64,000 bases of DNA from Acidimicrobiales bacterium (GCA_020629155.1 JAHDDW010000008.1:36175-100174), one strand, 5' to 3'. Counted from the first letter of the stretch, positions 38,638 to 50,442 are shown. The notes: generated by a model not told the origin, from the sequence alone. Made by a program: numbers and translations.

Positions 38638-39726
38638 TTACTTCAGCGTCCTTTTAGTTAAAGAAGCTTTAGAAAGCGTTTTTATTGTCTGAGGTGTTCG
38701 GTTCATCTCGATACTAGCCTGTTCATAGACAGCAAGGTGTTTTGCTGTCATATTAGCGACAGAGAAAACCGTTTCGATTTCGTTTCGGCACTGCCCACGA
38801 TCGATCTGATCTATGTTGTTGATGGCAGTTAGAAACTCTTCTTTGCTTTTGCAGATGTAACCTGTTTTGCCTTCGGTTACGATTTCTGGTACTGAGCCGC
38901 AGCGAGAGGCGATAACTGGTGTGCCGACCGCAAAAGCTTCAGTCATGACTAGACCAAAAGGTTCTGCCCATGCGATTGGATTAAGTAGAGCTTTGGCTTC
39001 GCGCAGGAATTGTTGTGTGTCTGCTTTGTTGAGTTCGCCTAGATATTCAATATCCTTGCTGAGAAGTGGGCGAATTGCTTGTTCGAAGAACTCTTTTTCG
39101 AATGGTTCTCGTGATTTTGCAGCGATTTTTAGTGGAACGCCTGCTTCTTTTGCTAGCTCACAAGCGGTATGGATTCCTTTTTCAGGCACAGTACGTCCAA
39201 GCGAAGCGAAATAGCCGCCGTTGCCTGCACCCACCGTGAAATCGTCTGGGTTTAAACCATGATGAATAACCTGGTCTATTTTAATGCCAGGCGTTGCTTG
39301 GCTGGCCTGATTGCGTGAGATTGCGATAATACTGACATTGCGCTTTGAGAGTTGCTCCCAAAATTCCATAGTGTCTTGTTGGAACGGGCCGTGATTTGTT
39401 GTCACAACGGGAGGCATTCTGTCAGATCGCCAAGAAAGTGGTCCGATCATTGTATGATCGTGGATTACGTCATAGTCAGCAAACGCCTCATATGCTGCGA
39501 ATACATGACGCATTTCAAATAGGGCGCCGTTTGCTACAAAATCGACTGCTTTGTCAAAATAACTTTGCATTGGAACAGGGCATTTGCTGTCACCGCTAGC
39601 GAATAATGTTACTTCATGACCTGCATCGAGAAGCCCCCTACATAGAAGATCTATCATTAACTCTGTCCCACCGTAAGCTACTGGCGGTACTGGCACCCAA
39701 GGTGGGGCGATCATTCCAATCTTCAC
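38638..39726 (-). CDS. Glycosyltransferase family 4 (AviGT4-like), copy 2
   Basis: APPWVPVPPVAYGGTE, GRTVPEKG, WAEPFGLVMTEA; colinear paralogue of copy 1. Confidence 0.9.
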   Translation of the reverse strand: MKIGMIAPPWVPVPPVAYGGTELMIDLLCRGLLDAGHEVTLFASGDSKCPVPMQSYFDKAVDFVANGALFEMRHVFAAYEAFADYDVIHDHTMIGPLSWRSDRMPPVVTTNHGPFQQDTMEFWEQLSKRNVSIIAISRNQASQATPGIKIDQVIHHGLNPDDFTVGAGNGGYFASLGRTVPEKGIHTACELAKEAGVPLKIAAKSREPFEKEFFEQAIRPLLSKDIEYLGELNKADTQQFLREAKALLNPIAWAEPFGLVMTEAFAVGTPVIASRCGSVPEIVTEGKTGYICKSKEEFLTAINNIDQIDRGQCRNEIETVFSVANMTAKHLAVYEQASIEMNRTPQTIKTLSKASLTKRTLK

Positions 39727-39783
39727 GATTTCTCCTTACAATATCTGTGTAAAGACCAATCGGCGGCACCTAACAACTCTTAA

Positions 39784-39905
39784 GGGCATCTCTACTAATT
39801 GTAGATGCCCTCGGCATTTCCGCTTCGCTCTGAGCGTTAGCACGCAGCTTTTAGCGGTTTTTGGATAAAGCGATTCAGCGGAGAAGCAATCACTAGAAAT
39901 AGCCC
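39784..39905. mobile_element. Candidate 122-bp MITE (second family) with TAA flanking duplication
   Basis: Left end GGGCATCTCTACTAATTG against right end reverse complement GGGCTATTTCTAGTGATTG. TAA on both flanks (39781-39783, 39906-39908). An internal segment recurs at ~41394-41430. Confidence 0.55.
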
Positions 39906-40022
39906 TAAGTAATTAGACCTAGAAGATCTCCGAAGTTTAACGTAGCCAGATGAGGTACAAGAACTGTAGATGATTGATTCCAAGGCTATGTTGAATTTTA
40001 AAGTATTTTGCACCCAAATAGC

Positions 40023-40132
40023 GCTATCGTTTTTGCTCTCTTTTGATTCCAGGGTGGTCATTTCCGAGAAATCGGGGATCTTGTCCAGCAGAGATTCCCA
40101 CTTTCGTAGCAATGACGACCCCAATAGGCTTG
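40023..40132. repeat. REP-like hairpin dimer of the CTAGATGG family (inverted near-copy of 54698-54807)
   Basis: Reverse complement reads CAAGCCTATTGGGGTCGTCATTGCTACGAAAGTGGGAATCTCTGCTGGACAAGATCCCCGATTTCTCGGAAATGACCACCCTGGAATCAAAAGAGAGCAAAAA. Confidence 0.8.
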
Positions 40133-40166
40133 GCTCAGTTGCGTCCGCTGTTAGAATGATGCACAT

Positions 40167-41378
40167 ATGACAATTACAAACTCATCTTCTGTTATGGGCG
40201 ACCCTGATACTTCTGGTCGTTTTGGGCAATTTGGCGGGCGTTATGTTCCTGAGACATTAATGCCAGCGTGTTTAGAACTTGAACAGGCATTTAAAAATGC
40301 GTGGGCTGACCCTTCCTTTGTGAAAGAGTTTCATGAGTTACTTAATGGCTACGGCGGTCGACCTTCGCCCGTGACCGAGTGTCATCGTCTTTCTGAACAG
40401 CTTGGTGTGCGTATTCTTCTTAAGCGTGAAGATCTTAACCATACAGGCAGCCATAAAATCAATAACGTTATGGGGCAAACCTTGTTGGCGAAACGCATGG
40501 GTAAAACCCGTATTGTGGCAGAAACAGGGGCAGGTCAACATGGTGTCGCTACAGCAACTGCTGCAGCGTTTTTCGGTCAAGAATGTGTTGTCTATATGGG
40601 CGAGGTTGATATAGAACGACAGAAGCTGAACGTGTTTCGGATGGAGCTTCTAGGCGCCGAGGTTCGGCCTGCGTTATCTGGCAGTCGTACGCTGAAAGAT
40701 GCGGTGAACGAGGCTATGCGTGATTGGGTAAGCACGGTCGAGTCTACGTTCTATTGTCTTGGGTCGGTCATGGGCCCTCATCCATATCCTTGGATGGTGC
40801 GAGAATTTCACCGTGTGATCGGCAACGAAGCAAACGCGCAATGCAAAGAGCTGCTCGGTGGCGACGTTCCAGATGTCGTTGTTGCTTGCGTCGGTGGAGG
40901 CTCGAATGCGGCTGGCATTTTCTCTGGGTTCGCCGATACCGATGCCGAACTTGTCGGCGTTGAACCTGCTGGGGGAGCGGCCGTTGGCTCTGGCATCCCT
41001 GGCGTTGTGCACGGGTCGAAGTCGTATCTGATGCAAGACGAAGCAGGGCAAGTGCAAGAAGCACATAGCGTTTCGGCAGGCCTAGATTATCCTGGTGTTG
41101 GACCAGAACATGCACACTTGGCAGATATCGGTCGTGCTCGTTATGAAGCAGTGAACGACACGCAAGTGCTCGAAGCATTTGAGATGTTGGCACGCACTGA
41201 GGGGATTATCCCAGCGTTAGAGCCTGCACATGGGTTGGCGTGGATTATCGCAGCAGCAAAAGAGTTAGCAGGCAAAACGGTGTTGCTAAACATGAGCGGT
41301 CGCGGCGACAAAGACGTGGCACAAGTACAGGCCATTAAAGCAGGCGACCCAGTTGCACTAAAAACGATGAGGCCATAG
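40167..41378 (+). CDS. trpB: Tryptophan synthase beta subunit
   Basis: [52 protein letters not shown]. Confidence 0.97.
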   Translation: MTITNSSSVMGDPDTSGRFGQFGGRYVPETLMPACLELEQAFKNAWADPSFVKEFHELLNGYGGRPSPVTECHRLSEQLGVRILLKREDLNHTGSHKINNVMGQTLLAKRMGKTRIVAETGAGQHGVATATAAAFFGQECVVYMGEVDIERQKLNVFRMELLGAEVRPALSGSRTLKDAVNEAMRDWVSTVESTFYCLGSVMGPHPYPWMVREFHRVIGNEANAQCKELLGGDVPDVVVACVGGGSNAAGIFSGFADTDAELVGVEPAGGAAVGSGIPGVVHGSKSYLMQDEAGQVQEAHSVSAGLDYPGVGPEHAHLADIGRARYEAVNDTQVLEAFEMLARTEGIIPALEPAHGLAWIIAAAKELAGKTVLLNMSGRGDKDVAQVQAIKAGDPVALKTMRP

Positions 41379-41448
41379 GGGAGCTCCCCCTGTATTTCCG
41401 CTCCGCTCGGGACGTTGGCACACAGCTTTTTATCTGTGCCTCACCGAG
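41378..41448. repeat. Partial copy of the 39784-39905 element between trpB and trpA
   Basis: ATTTCCGCTCCGCTCGGGACGTTGGCACACAGCTTTT against ATTTCCGCTTCGCTCTGAGCGTTAGCACGCAGCTTTT (39816-39852); both follow a hairpin ending in CCC. Confidence 0.6.
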
Positions 41449-41498
41449 TATTCTGAATACCACAATCCAGCAGTATTAAAGACAAGAGATTTATAACT

Positions 41499-42305
41499 AT
41501 GACAACTACTGATACGACGCAAACCTATGGCACGCTAGAGACGCATCTTCGATCGCGTCGTGACGCTGGTCAAAAACTGCTGTTGCCTTATATCACTGGC
41601 GGCTTCCCAGCAGAGGAGTGGACGCAACTTATTGACGGCAGCGCTCATGCTGGCGCTGATGCGTTGGAGATAGGCCTGCCGTTTAGTGACCCTGTGATGG
41701 ACGGGCCGACAATACAAGAGTCATCAACGCTTGCGCTCTCGCAAGGCGCGACGCCACAGTCGATCCTTGATCAGGTTGCTATGGCAAAACCTGGTATTCC
41801 TCTTATCGCAATGACCTATTACAATATTTGTTTCCGCATGGGGCATCGTCGTTTTGCCAATGCGTTAAAAACAGCGGGTGTTTCGGCAGCGATTTTGCCT
41901 GATCTGTCGCTCGAAGAAATGGCACCATGGCGAGAGTCAGCTGCGAGTGAAAAGGTTGAAACAGTAATGCTGGCCGCTCCTACCTCTGGCGATGCTAGGC
42001 TGCAAAAAATTGTTGAAGCGGCAAGCGGTTTCGTGTATGGCGTTGGTCTTGTCGGCATCACTGGCGAGCGTCAAGAACTAGCAGAAAGTGCGTTAACTAT
42101 TGCAAAACGATTGAAAGCTATTACCGATAAGCCTGTGCTGATAGGTGTTGGTGTCTCAAACCCACAGCAAGCTCGCGAAGTGTGCGAAGTCGCCGACGGC
42201 GTTATCGTCGGATCGGCAGTAATCCGCCGCTTGCTCGACGGCGGTTCAGTCGAAAAAGCTATCGACTTTATCGGTGAGCTTCGTAACGGTCTCGATAAAG
42301 GTTGA
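41499..42305 (+). CDS. trpA: Tryptophan synthase alpha subunit
   Basis: LEIGLPFSDPVMDGPTIQ, MTYYN, LAAPTS, GITG, ADGVIVGSA. Confidence 0.96.
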   Translation: MTTTDTTQTYGTLETHLRSRRDAGQKLLLPYITGGFPAEEWTQLIDGSAHAGADALEIGLPFSDPVMDGPTIQESSTLALSQGATPQSILDQVAMAKPGIPLIAMTYYNICFRMGHRRFANALKTAGVSAAILPDLSLEEMAPWRESAASEKVETVMLAAPTSGDARLQKIVEAASGFVYGVGLVGITGERQELAESALTIAKRLKAITDKPVLIGVGVSNPQQAREVCEVADGVIVGSAVIRRLLDGGSVEKAIDFIGELRNGLDKG

Positions 42306-42313
42306 GATAAGCA

Positions 42314-44159
42314 TTACATCCAAGAAAGGCTATGTTTAACCCTATCGATAAAGCCAAAGGGTTTCCCTAGATTTCTTTTCTCAGTCTCAGCCATTGCTCT
42401 GTCCAACTTTTTGGCTTTTCTGATTTGGCCTGTTTTTAAATATGCCACAGCTAAGGAATCCCTGGCATCAGAAGTAAAGTGGTTATCTGCCCCGAAAACT
42501 TCGGTTGCATCCTCCACTGCTTTTTCTCCAACATCGATAGCAGCGTCATATTGATCGCCTCGCTGATAATATCGCAACAACAATATTTTTTGAGTAACCG
42601 TTTCTGGATGCTTAGGGCCACGAATTTCAATAAAACTTGTCAGGGTTTTTTCTTGAAGCGATGCCGCATTACTGTACTGGCCCGCTGCTTCATAGCACTG
42701 TGCTAGCCTTACCTTGGCAAGTAATGTATCAGCGTGTTCTAAGCCCTTGGTTTCTATTGTGTCTTCAATTGCTTGTTCCAGAAGAGCTATTGCTTCGTCA
42801 TGTTCATGTGCCTCAAGGTGGAATTCGGCAAGTTCTACTCGGACTGCTAGCGTTTCTGAATGGTTTTCTCCGAGCGTTTTGATACGCTCGTCAAGCACTT
42901 GTTTAAGCAAAGCAAAGGCTAGAACATTTTTTTGTGCTTGCATATATGAGCGAGCTAGTTGCATCCGACCAATAATTGCTTCTTCATGTCTTAGGCCATG
43001 AGTATTAACACTGACCTGTAGTTCTTTCTCCCGGATCTTGATAGCTTCATCATGTTTACCCGCTTGGTCGTATAACGAGACTAGTCTGCTTCGAGCTTTG
43101 CTTGTTAAATTATTGGTGTATCCATATTTCTGTGTGTAGATTTCAACGAGTTCTTCAGCAAGACTTAGCGCATCTTTTCTATTTCCTACTTTATTGTGCG
43201 CATCGATCATGCTGTCTTTCGTTGACAGAACGCTGAAATGGGTCGGTCCGAAATGTTCAGTGCGGCTTAAAAGAATTTTTTTGAGGATCTCGATAGCGTA
43301 TATCGATGGTCCAGAGTAAAGATATGCCCCTGCAAGGTTAGTCATGGCCATCAGAGTATAGGGATGGGACGGGCCAAGGAGGTCGCTAAGATCTTGAGCT
43401 ACTTTCTCGCCTAGCTTGACGGAGTCGACATATCGGTTTAACGAAAAGTAGTGTAAGACAAGATTAAATCTTGCATAGTGCGTTTGTGGGTGGTTATCAC
43501 CTAGTATGTTTATACTATCGGCAACTAATTGTTGACTGTCAAGCAGCACTTCCTCTGCAAGGTCCTTCAGATAACAAAAAATTAAATATTCACATCTATA
43601 TTTTATTGTGTCTGGATGTAGGTTTCCTAGAAGTTTTACGGAGTCTTGCACTACTTGTTTGCCGATCAAAAAGGCCTCATCTTCTTGATTGTCTAATATA
43701 TATAGTGAAGTAAGGTTTGATTTTTTTTTCGATTGTATCTGCATGCTCACGGCCGACTAATGAAATGCTTTCTTCGACAATAGCTTTTCCAATATCGACG
43801 GCTGTGTTCGTTTGTTCTGAATAAGCGTATGCTTGAAGTAAGGCAGTTTCTAGCGCGCGAAAAATAACCAGTTCGTCTATTCCAGCTAGCCTGTTGAAGA
43901 AAGACTGGCTCGTCTCTTCTAGCAGAGAAAGCTGTCGTGAAGGGTTTTCTGCCTTGGCCCAAAATTCGTCAGATCTGAATAATGATGCAATGTCATTTTC
44001 CGTGAGACTACTTTCTAGAATGATTGTGTGTGCTGTAAATAACCAGATGACGTATTGTCTAAATTTATTCTGGTCAGCGCTAAGCAACGCATTGTTAGTA
44101 TCTTTACTGAGAATCGTGTAAGCCCTGGTAGAGAAGCTGTCTAAGTTTGCAGATTTCAT
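42314..44159 (-). pseudogene. Kinesin-light-chain-like TPR protein split by a 1-nt frameshift in an A9 run
   Basis: ORFs 43677..44159 and 42314..43750 join if one A of the A9 run (T9 at 43721-43729) is removed. This gives VGREHADTIEKKSNLTSLY, matching the repeated LGxxHPxT..NL motif. Confidence 0.75.
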
Positions 44160-44271
44160 CTATAATACCTTGCAGCGATAATCGAAAGCAATGAAACTAA
44201 AGCAATTCGGCCATGTAATGAAGACATAAATTATGAATCGGCTTGATTTCTTTAGGTCTTAAACCATTTAG

Positions 44272-46005
<1,734 letters not shown>

Positions 46006-46046
46006 CTAGCGATAGTAATTTAAACGGTCTTTTTACTGGTAATGAA

Positions 46047-46110
46047 GAAACCCCGACGCGCCAAACTAGGCGGCCGGGTATTGAAGTCGCAGTGAATCTA
46101 GAAAAGACAT
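46047..46110 (-). promoter_or_regulatory. Candidate leuA leader peptide / attenuator
   Basis: ATG 46110 to TAG 46066 encodes MSFLDSLRLQYPAA (3 Leu) and overlaps the hairpin CCCGGCCGCC-TAGTTT-GGCGCGTCGGG followed by GTTTCTT. Confidence 0.4.
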
Positions 46111-46227
46111 TAACCTCACTGTAGCTCTTTCGCTTAGAAACAGTGCAAATTCTTATAAGGAAATTCGTGCAACCCTAGATGAGCGCAGAGAAGCCATACG
46201 AAAAGTCTTGAGGATTATCAAGATATC

Positions 46228-46521
46228 CTAGGAATTTCCGCTTGCTGCTAAGTTTCGTGTGAAATCAGATAATGCAGCAAGCACATCAGGATCGGGGTCT
46301 ATCTTTGGTTGTGCTAGGCTTTTTTTAATATCAACATAAACTGATGATTCATACTGACAGTCAGCACAGGAGTCAAGGTGTTTAGCGACTTTTTTCGCTG
46401 TTCTCTCATCTACCTCGCCATCAAGATATGCCTGCATAACAACCATTACCTGTGCGCATGACATTTGTCTTCTGAATAGATTAATCAATGTGATCACCAC
46501 CTTGTGAAATAGTGTCTTCAA
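46228..46521 (-). CDS. zf-HC2 anti-sigma factor
   Basis: C..V...MQAYLDGE, HLDSCADC; overlaps the ECF sigma gene. Confidence 0.85.
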   Translation of the reverse strand: MKTLFHKVVITLINLFRRQMSCAQVMVVMQAYLDGEVDERTAKKVAKHLDSCADCQYESSVYVDIKKSLAQPKIDPDPDVLAALSDFTRNLAASGNS

Positions 46522-47053
46522 CTTGTTTCTCTTTTAAAACTTCGCGTATCTGTTTGCGGGCCCTGTGAAGTCGACTCATCACTGTGCCAACAGGGACACC
46601 TAATTTCGCTGCAGTTTCTTTATAGGAGAAAGAATTCAAATCAACTAAATCGATAACATTACGGAAATTCTCAGGCAAGGTTTCGTATGCCTCAGTGACT
46701 TCTGCACTAAATAGTGGGTCAACAACAATAGTTTCTGGCGTTTGTGTATCTGAGAACTCTTGCGAGCGTTCAAAAGTTTTCTCGGGGTCATCAAGCAGGT
46801 CAGGTTTTTTCTTTCTGGCCCTATTAATATTTGTATTGCGCATGATGGTCAGTAGCCAGGCGCGCGGGTAACGGCCGTCAAAACGATCTAAGGCCTTATA
46901 GGCTTTGAGAAGTGTTTCTTGCACTAAATCTTCAGCTTCTGACTTTGATCTAGTGTAGAGCCAGGCTGTGCGATACATAATTTCTAGCTCAGGAAGAACG
47001 AGCTTCTCAAACTTAGTTTCGGTATCGGTTTGTTGATCCATTAGTAACACCAT
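46481..47053 (-). CDS. ECF RNA polymerase sigma factor
   Basis: AEDLVQETLLKAY, AWLLTIMRN, SYKETA..LGVPVGTVMSRLHRAR. Confidence 0.93.
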   Translation of the reverse strand: MVLLMDQQTDTETKFEKLVLPELEIMYRTAWLYTRSKSEAEDLVQETLLKAYKALDRFDGRYPRAWLLTIMRNTNINRARKKKPDLLDDPEKTFERSQEFSDTQTPETIVVDPLFSAEVTEAYETLPENFRNVIDLVDLNSFSYKETAAKLGVPVGTVMSRLHRARKQIREVLKEKQVEDTISQGGDHID

Positions 47054-47161
47054 TGCTTAAAAAACACCTAAATAACAACCTACATTCCAAAAAAACACTA
47101 AAAAAGCTAGTGAATGGCGTGGGAAAGCGTTTTCTCTTGCTAGTCTCAGCCAAGGAAAGAA

Positions 47162-47228
47162 GCTATTACTCGGCTTTTCTAGCTAGGTGAGACGAAAGTC
47201 TACTTGCATGTGGGGCGGCCGAGGTAGC
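47162..47228 (+). promoter_or_regulatory. Structured 5' leader of the HU gene (long hairpin with GAAA tetraloop)
   Basis: GCTAT/GTAGC, CTCGGC/GCCGAG, AGGT/ACTT, AGAC-GAAA-GTCT; ends 6 nt before the AAGGAG RBS. Confidence 0.45.
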
Positions 47229-47247
47229 ATAGACAAGGAGTTAAAAT

Positions 47248-47529
47248 ATGAACAAGACAGAACTAATCGATGCAATAGCTGACGGAATTGGCGTGAGCAA
47301 AAAAAATGCTGGCGATGTTCTTGATGAATTCGTGACCATTGTTAAAAACAATGTTAGCAAAGGTGAAAAAACAACAATTCAAGGTTTTGTTTCTTTTGAA
47401 CAGGTTGATCGCAAAGAGCGCAAAGGTTTCAATCCACAGACAAAAGAGCCAATCGTTATTCCTGCATCTAAGGCTGTTAAAGTTACTGCTTTGTCTAAAC
47501 TTAAAGAAGCTGGAAAAGAGTCAAAGTAA
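47248..47529 (+). CDS. hup: DNA-binding protein HU
   Basis: MNKTELIDAIA, GFVSF, RKERKGFNPQT, IPASK. Confidence 0.93.
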   Translation: MNKTELIDAIADGIGVSKKNAGDVLDEFVTIVKNNVSKGEKTTIQGFVSFEQVDRKERKGFNPQTKEPIVIPASKAVKVTALSKLKEAGKESK

Positions 47530-47538
47530 ACAGATTAC

Positions 47539-47577
47539 AAAAGACGACTTAGAATTTGTTTCTAAGTCGTCTTTTTT
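47539..47577 (+). terminator. Intrinsic terminator after HU (possibly bidirectional)
   Basis: AAAAGACGACTTAGAA-tttgt-TTCTAAGTCGTCTTTT followed by a T-run. Confidence 0.85.
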
Positions 47578-47628
47578 CATTTTTGTGTTTCTATGCTTGT
47601 TCGTCATGAACACACAAAGTAGCGAACG

Positions 47629-48057
47629 ATGACCGCATTCCCAAAACCAGCTGATTTGATCCCTCATAGAGCGCCATTCTTGCTTCTAGACGAGATAACT
47701 GCATTAGAACCTGGTGAAAAAATTCAAGCAACATGGCGTTTAACAGGTGAAGAAGACTTTTTCGCTGGCCATTTCCCAGGTCGCCCAACACTGCCTGGTG
47801 TTCTCATGGTTGAATCTTTAGCTCAAGCTGGTGCATGTAGTGTGCTATCAGTGCCTGAATTTGCCGATAAACTTCCGTTGTTCGGCGGCGCTGACAAGAT
47901 TAAGTTTCGTCGTCAGGTCGTGCCAGGTGAAACGTTGACGCTTACTGTTGAAATGTTGAGCCTTCGAGGCCGCGCAGGCAAAGGCATAGGCAAAGCACAC
48001 GTAGGAACCGAACTAGCCTGTCAAGCAGAGATACTGTTTATCTTGGTAGATTCGTAG
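47629..48057 (+). CDS. fabZ: 3-hydroxyacyl-ACP dehydratase
   Basis: IPHRAPFLLLD, FFAGHFPGRPTLPGVLMVESLAQ, KFRRQVVPG. Confidence 0.92.
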   Translation: MTAFPKPADLIPHRAPFLLLDEITALEPGEKIQATWRLTGEEDFFAGHFPGRPTLPGVLMVESLAQAGACSVLSVPEFADKLPLFGGADKIKFRRQVVPGETLTLTVEMLSLRGRAGKGIGKAHVGTELACQAEILFILVDS

Positions 48058-48077
48058 AGCGGATTAATCCTCAATTT

Positions 48078-48539
48078 ATGATTGATGAATTTCAGAATAT
48101 CTTAGCGACAAATTCATATGCGACGATTTCAACTGTGGATGCAACTGGGTTACCTTGGGCCGCACCCGTCTGGTATGTCTATGAAAATAAAACACTCTAT
48201 TGGTGGTCTTCTCAAAGCTCTCAACATTCACTTAATATCGCTTTGAACGGTTCTGTTTATGTAACGATTTTTGACTCCACCCTCCCAGAAGGGAAGGGGT
48301 TAGGGGCATATTGTCGTGCGGAAGCTAGCGAGATTCAACAAAATAGACTCGAAGAAATTTGCAAGTTATACAATGCCACGACACAAGTATTTAAGCTGAA
48401 CAAGGCTAACTGTTCTGGCGAAGCTCCAACCCGTTTATATCAAGCAACTATAAAAAAGGCCTGGATTAACAGTGAAAGTATAGTCAATAACCAGTATGTA
48501 GATTCAAGGGTTGAAATTCAACTAGATCGCAATTCCTAA
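48078..48539 (+). CDS. Pyridoxamine 5'-phosphate oxidase-like (split barrel) protein
   Basis: ATISTVDATGLPWAAPVWY, SQHSLNI..N..V. Confidence 0.75.
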   Translation: MIDEFQNILATNSYATISTVDATGLPWAAPVWYVYENKTLYWWSSQSSQHSLNIALNGSVYVTIFDSTLPEGKGLGAYCRAEASEIQQNRLEEICKLYNATTQVFKLNKANCSGEAPTRLYQATIKKAWINSESIVNNQYVDSRVEIQLDRNS

Positions 48540-48980
48540 GTTTTCTTGAGTTTTTACTTTGTGGTAAATCAAGGCAGCTTTGATGCATTGTTTAAGTTCG
48601 TCTTCTGGAATTTGCTGGTCGAAAGTAAACCTAATAGCTCGGTTGTTTTCATAGTCGAATAGTGGGCCAAAAACCTGCTTGAATGTAGAGACTAGTTTGC
48701 TTGTGCACTTAAAATATGTGGAATATATTTCTGGCGTTTTCTCTTTCCAATCGATCCTGATTGTGCTTCCATGTTTGGAAAGAAAACTTGGTTCGCCCCA
48801 TTTCAGTGTTTCTTCCAGTTCTTCTAGCTCAAGCTCTTTAGCTGATTCGATTATAAGCCGATGGACATTTTTGATTTTAGGGCGAACGTTCTCTGGATAC
48901 TTCGAATAAATATTTTCGAGTCGAGGGTCGGTTTCTAATCGCATGATGTAAGAATATCTCCTGAATTGGTGTCTTGCCAT
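48522..48980 (-). CDS. DUF1801 family protein
   Basis: EETLKWGEPSF, GSTIRIDWK, YFKCTSKLV, NRAI, ALIYH. Confidence 0.75.
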   Translation of the reverse strand: MARHQFRRYSYIMRLETDPRLENIYSKYPENVRPKIKNVHRLIIESAKELELEELEETLKWGEPSFLSKHGSTIRIDWKEKTPEIYSTYFKCTSKLVSTFKQVFGPLFDYENNRAIRFTFDQQIPEDELKQCIKAALIYHKVKTQENLGIAI

Positions 48981-49030
48981 CGCAGGCCAAGCGGTCTATC
49001 TGCATTCGATAGTTTGTCTGCTATGGTGCA

Positions 49031-50416
49031 TTGAGGATGAATGAACTGTCACTACAGAGGCGCATACAGCGAGTAGGGATACGCCTCCAAGCTCGTTTGG
49101 AAGCTGGTATTGGCGACCGGTGGATTCCAATGGTGCTAAGTGCTGCATTGGCTTCTGTCGTCGGAAGTTTGGCGGTCGCTCAATTCGAAAGCCTTGCTTC
49201 TGGTCGTGAACTTGCACATCTTAAGCAGTCGATTTGGCTTATTCAACAAGGGATGTATCAAGACGCAACAGTGGTTGAAGGCAATATTGTTGAAACAAGT
49301 GGTTCGTTGCTTGTTTACCCGCTGGCTTTATTGGCTTCGGTATTTGAAGTGGAACAGATGCTGCTGACAATGCAAGCTGTTGCTATTGGCGTCACGGTGC
49401 TTCCGCTATGGGGCGTTGCGCGTCAAGTAGTAGACTTGCGCATTGGTGCTTCAACTGCGTTATTGCTCGCGTATGTTCTAAACCCTATAACACATCAGTT
49501 GGCTATAGAAGATTTTCATCTTGAAGTATTGGCTATCCCAGCTTTTGTTGCAATGGTGTATTTCGGCGCACGAAAAAAATGGCTTTTTTATTGGATTTGT
49601 ATCGCCTGGATTTTACTTTGTCGAGCTGATTTAGGTTTAGCCGTTGCTCTATGGGGTTTCTTGCTTCTGGGTGATGGCGTCCGAAAAAGAGGCTTCTGGA
49701 CTATGAGTATCGGGTTTGGATGGTCGCTCGGTTTCTTGCTTATTCTCAAACCACTCCTAGGTCAAGAGTTAGTTTTAACTTGGGGTAATTTGTTTGCTGA
49801 AGAAAACTTTGCTTTGGCTGTTGCGTTGCTCGCTCCGTTACTTTTTTTGTCGCTTATTTCGTTTCGTCATCTCTTGCCAGCCTTGCCGTTAGCTATTCTT
49901 TATGTTGTCGCAAGCGACGATAGCGCCTATTACGATCCAACCGTTTTGCTTTTGCCGTTTGTGTTTATTGCAGCTGCGTATGCTATGAACCGTTTAGGTT
50001 ATATCGGCGTCGATTCTGTCTTCCTTGATGCGAGACTGCTGCTTGCATTGGTTACTGCTGCTCTATTCTTCTATATAGATTCATCTATAGCTTCACCGTA
50101 TGCTAGACCTTGGGAATGGCGCACTCTTGATGAAACTGATAAGTCAGTGCTGCAAGCTATAGATAGTCTTGAAGACGATACGAACATTTGGGCAACAACG
50201 TCTGCTCTTGTGCCACTTGCTGATCGTGAAAATCTCGCCATTTTGGACGAACCTATTCTTTTCTATCCCGAGTCAGCACAAGCGATTATAATCGTAGAAC
50301 GAGATATTGCTCCAAGAACTGAAGAAGAGAAACAGATCTATGATCAGCGGCTAGATCCCTTAGGATTTAGGATTGCATATGCTGCTGAAGATGTAAAACT
50401 ATATCGACGTGATTAA
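49031..50416 (+). CDS. DUF2079-like membrane protein (GT-C fold candidate)
   Basis: Multi-TM protein; QSIW, LLTMQAVAIG..VLPL, AYVLNP, DFHLEVLAIP. Confidence 0.6.
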   Translation: MRMNELSLQRRIQRVGIRLQARLEAGIGDRWIPMVLSAALASVVGSLAVAQFESLASGRELAHLKQSIWLIQQGMYQDATVVEGNIVETSGSLLVYPLALLASVFEVEQMLLTMQAVAIGVTVLPLWGVARQVVDLRIGASTALLLAYVLNPITHQLAIEDFHLEVLAIPAFVAMVYFGARKKWLFYWICIAWILLCRADLGLAVALWGFLLLGDGVRKRGFWTMSIGFGWSLGFLLILKPLLGQELVLTWGNLFAEENFALAVALLAPLLFLSLISFRHLLPALPLAILYVVASDDSAYYDPTVLLLPFVFIAAAYAMNRLGYIGVDSVFLDARLLLALVTAALFFYIDSSIASPYARPWEWRTLDETDKSVLQAIDSLEDDTNIWATTSALVPLADRENLAILDEPILFYPESAQAIIIVERDIAPRTEEEKQIYDQRLDPLGFRIAYAAEDVKLYRRD

Positions 50417-50442
50417 GGGCAGACTAAGATAACCTTAAACGT

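Noticed and set aside
39837-40170. ORFs 39837..40166 (-) and 39970..40170 (+), or a trp leader peptide
   Set aside because: They run through repeat elements, and no short Trp-rich leader is present.
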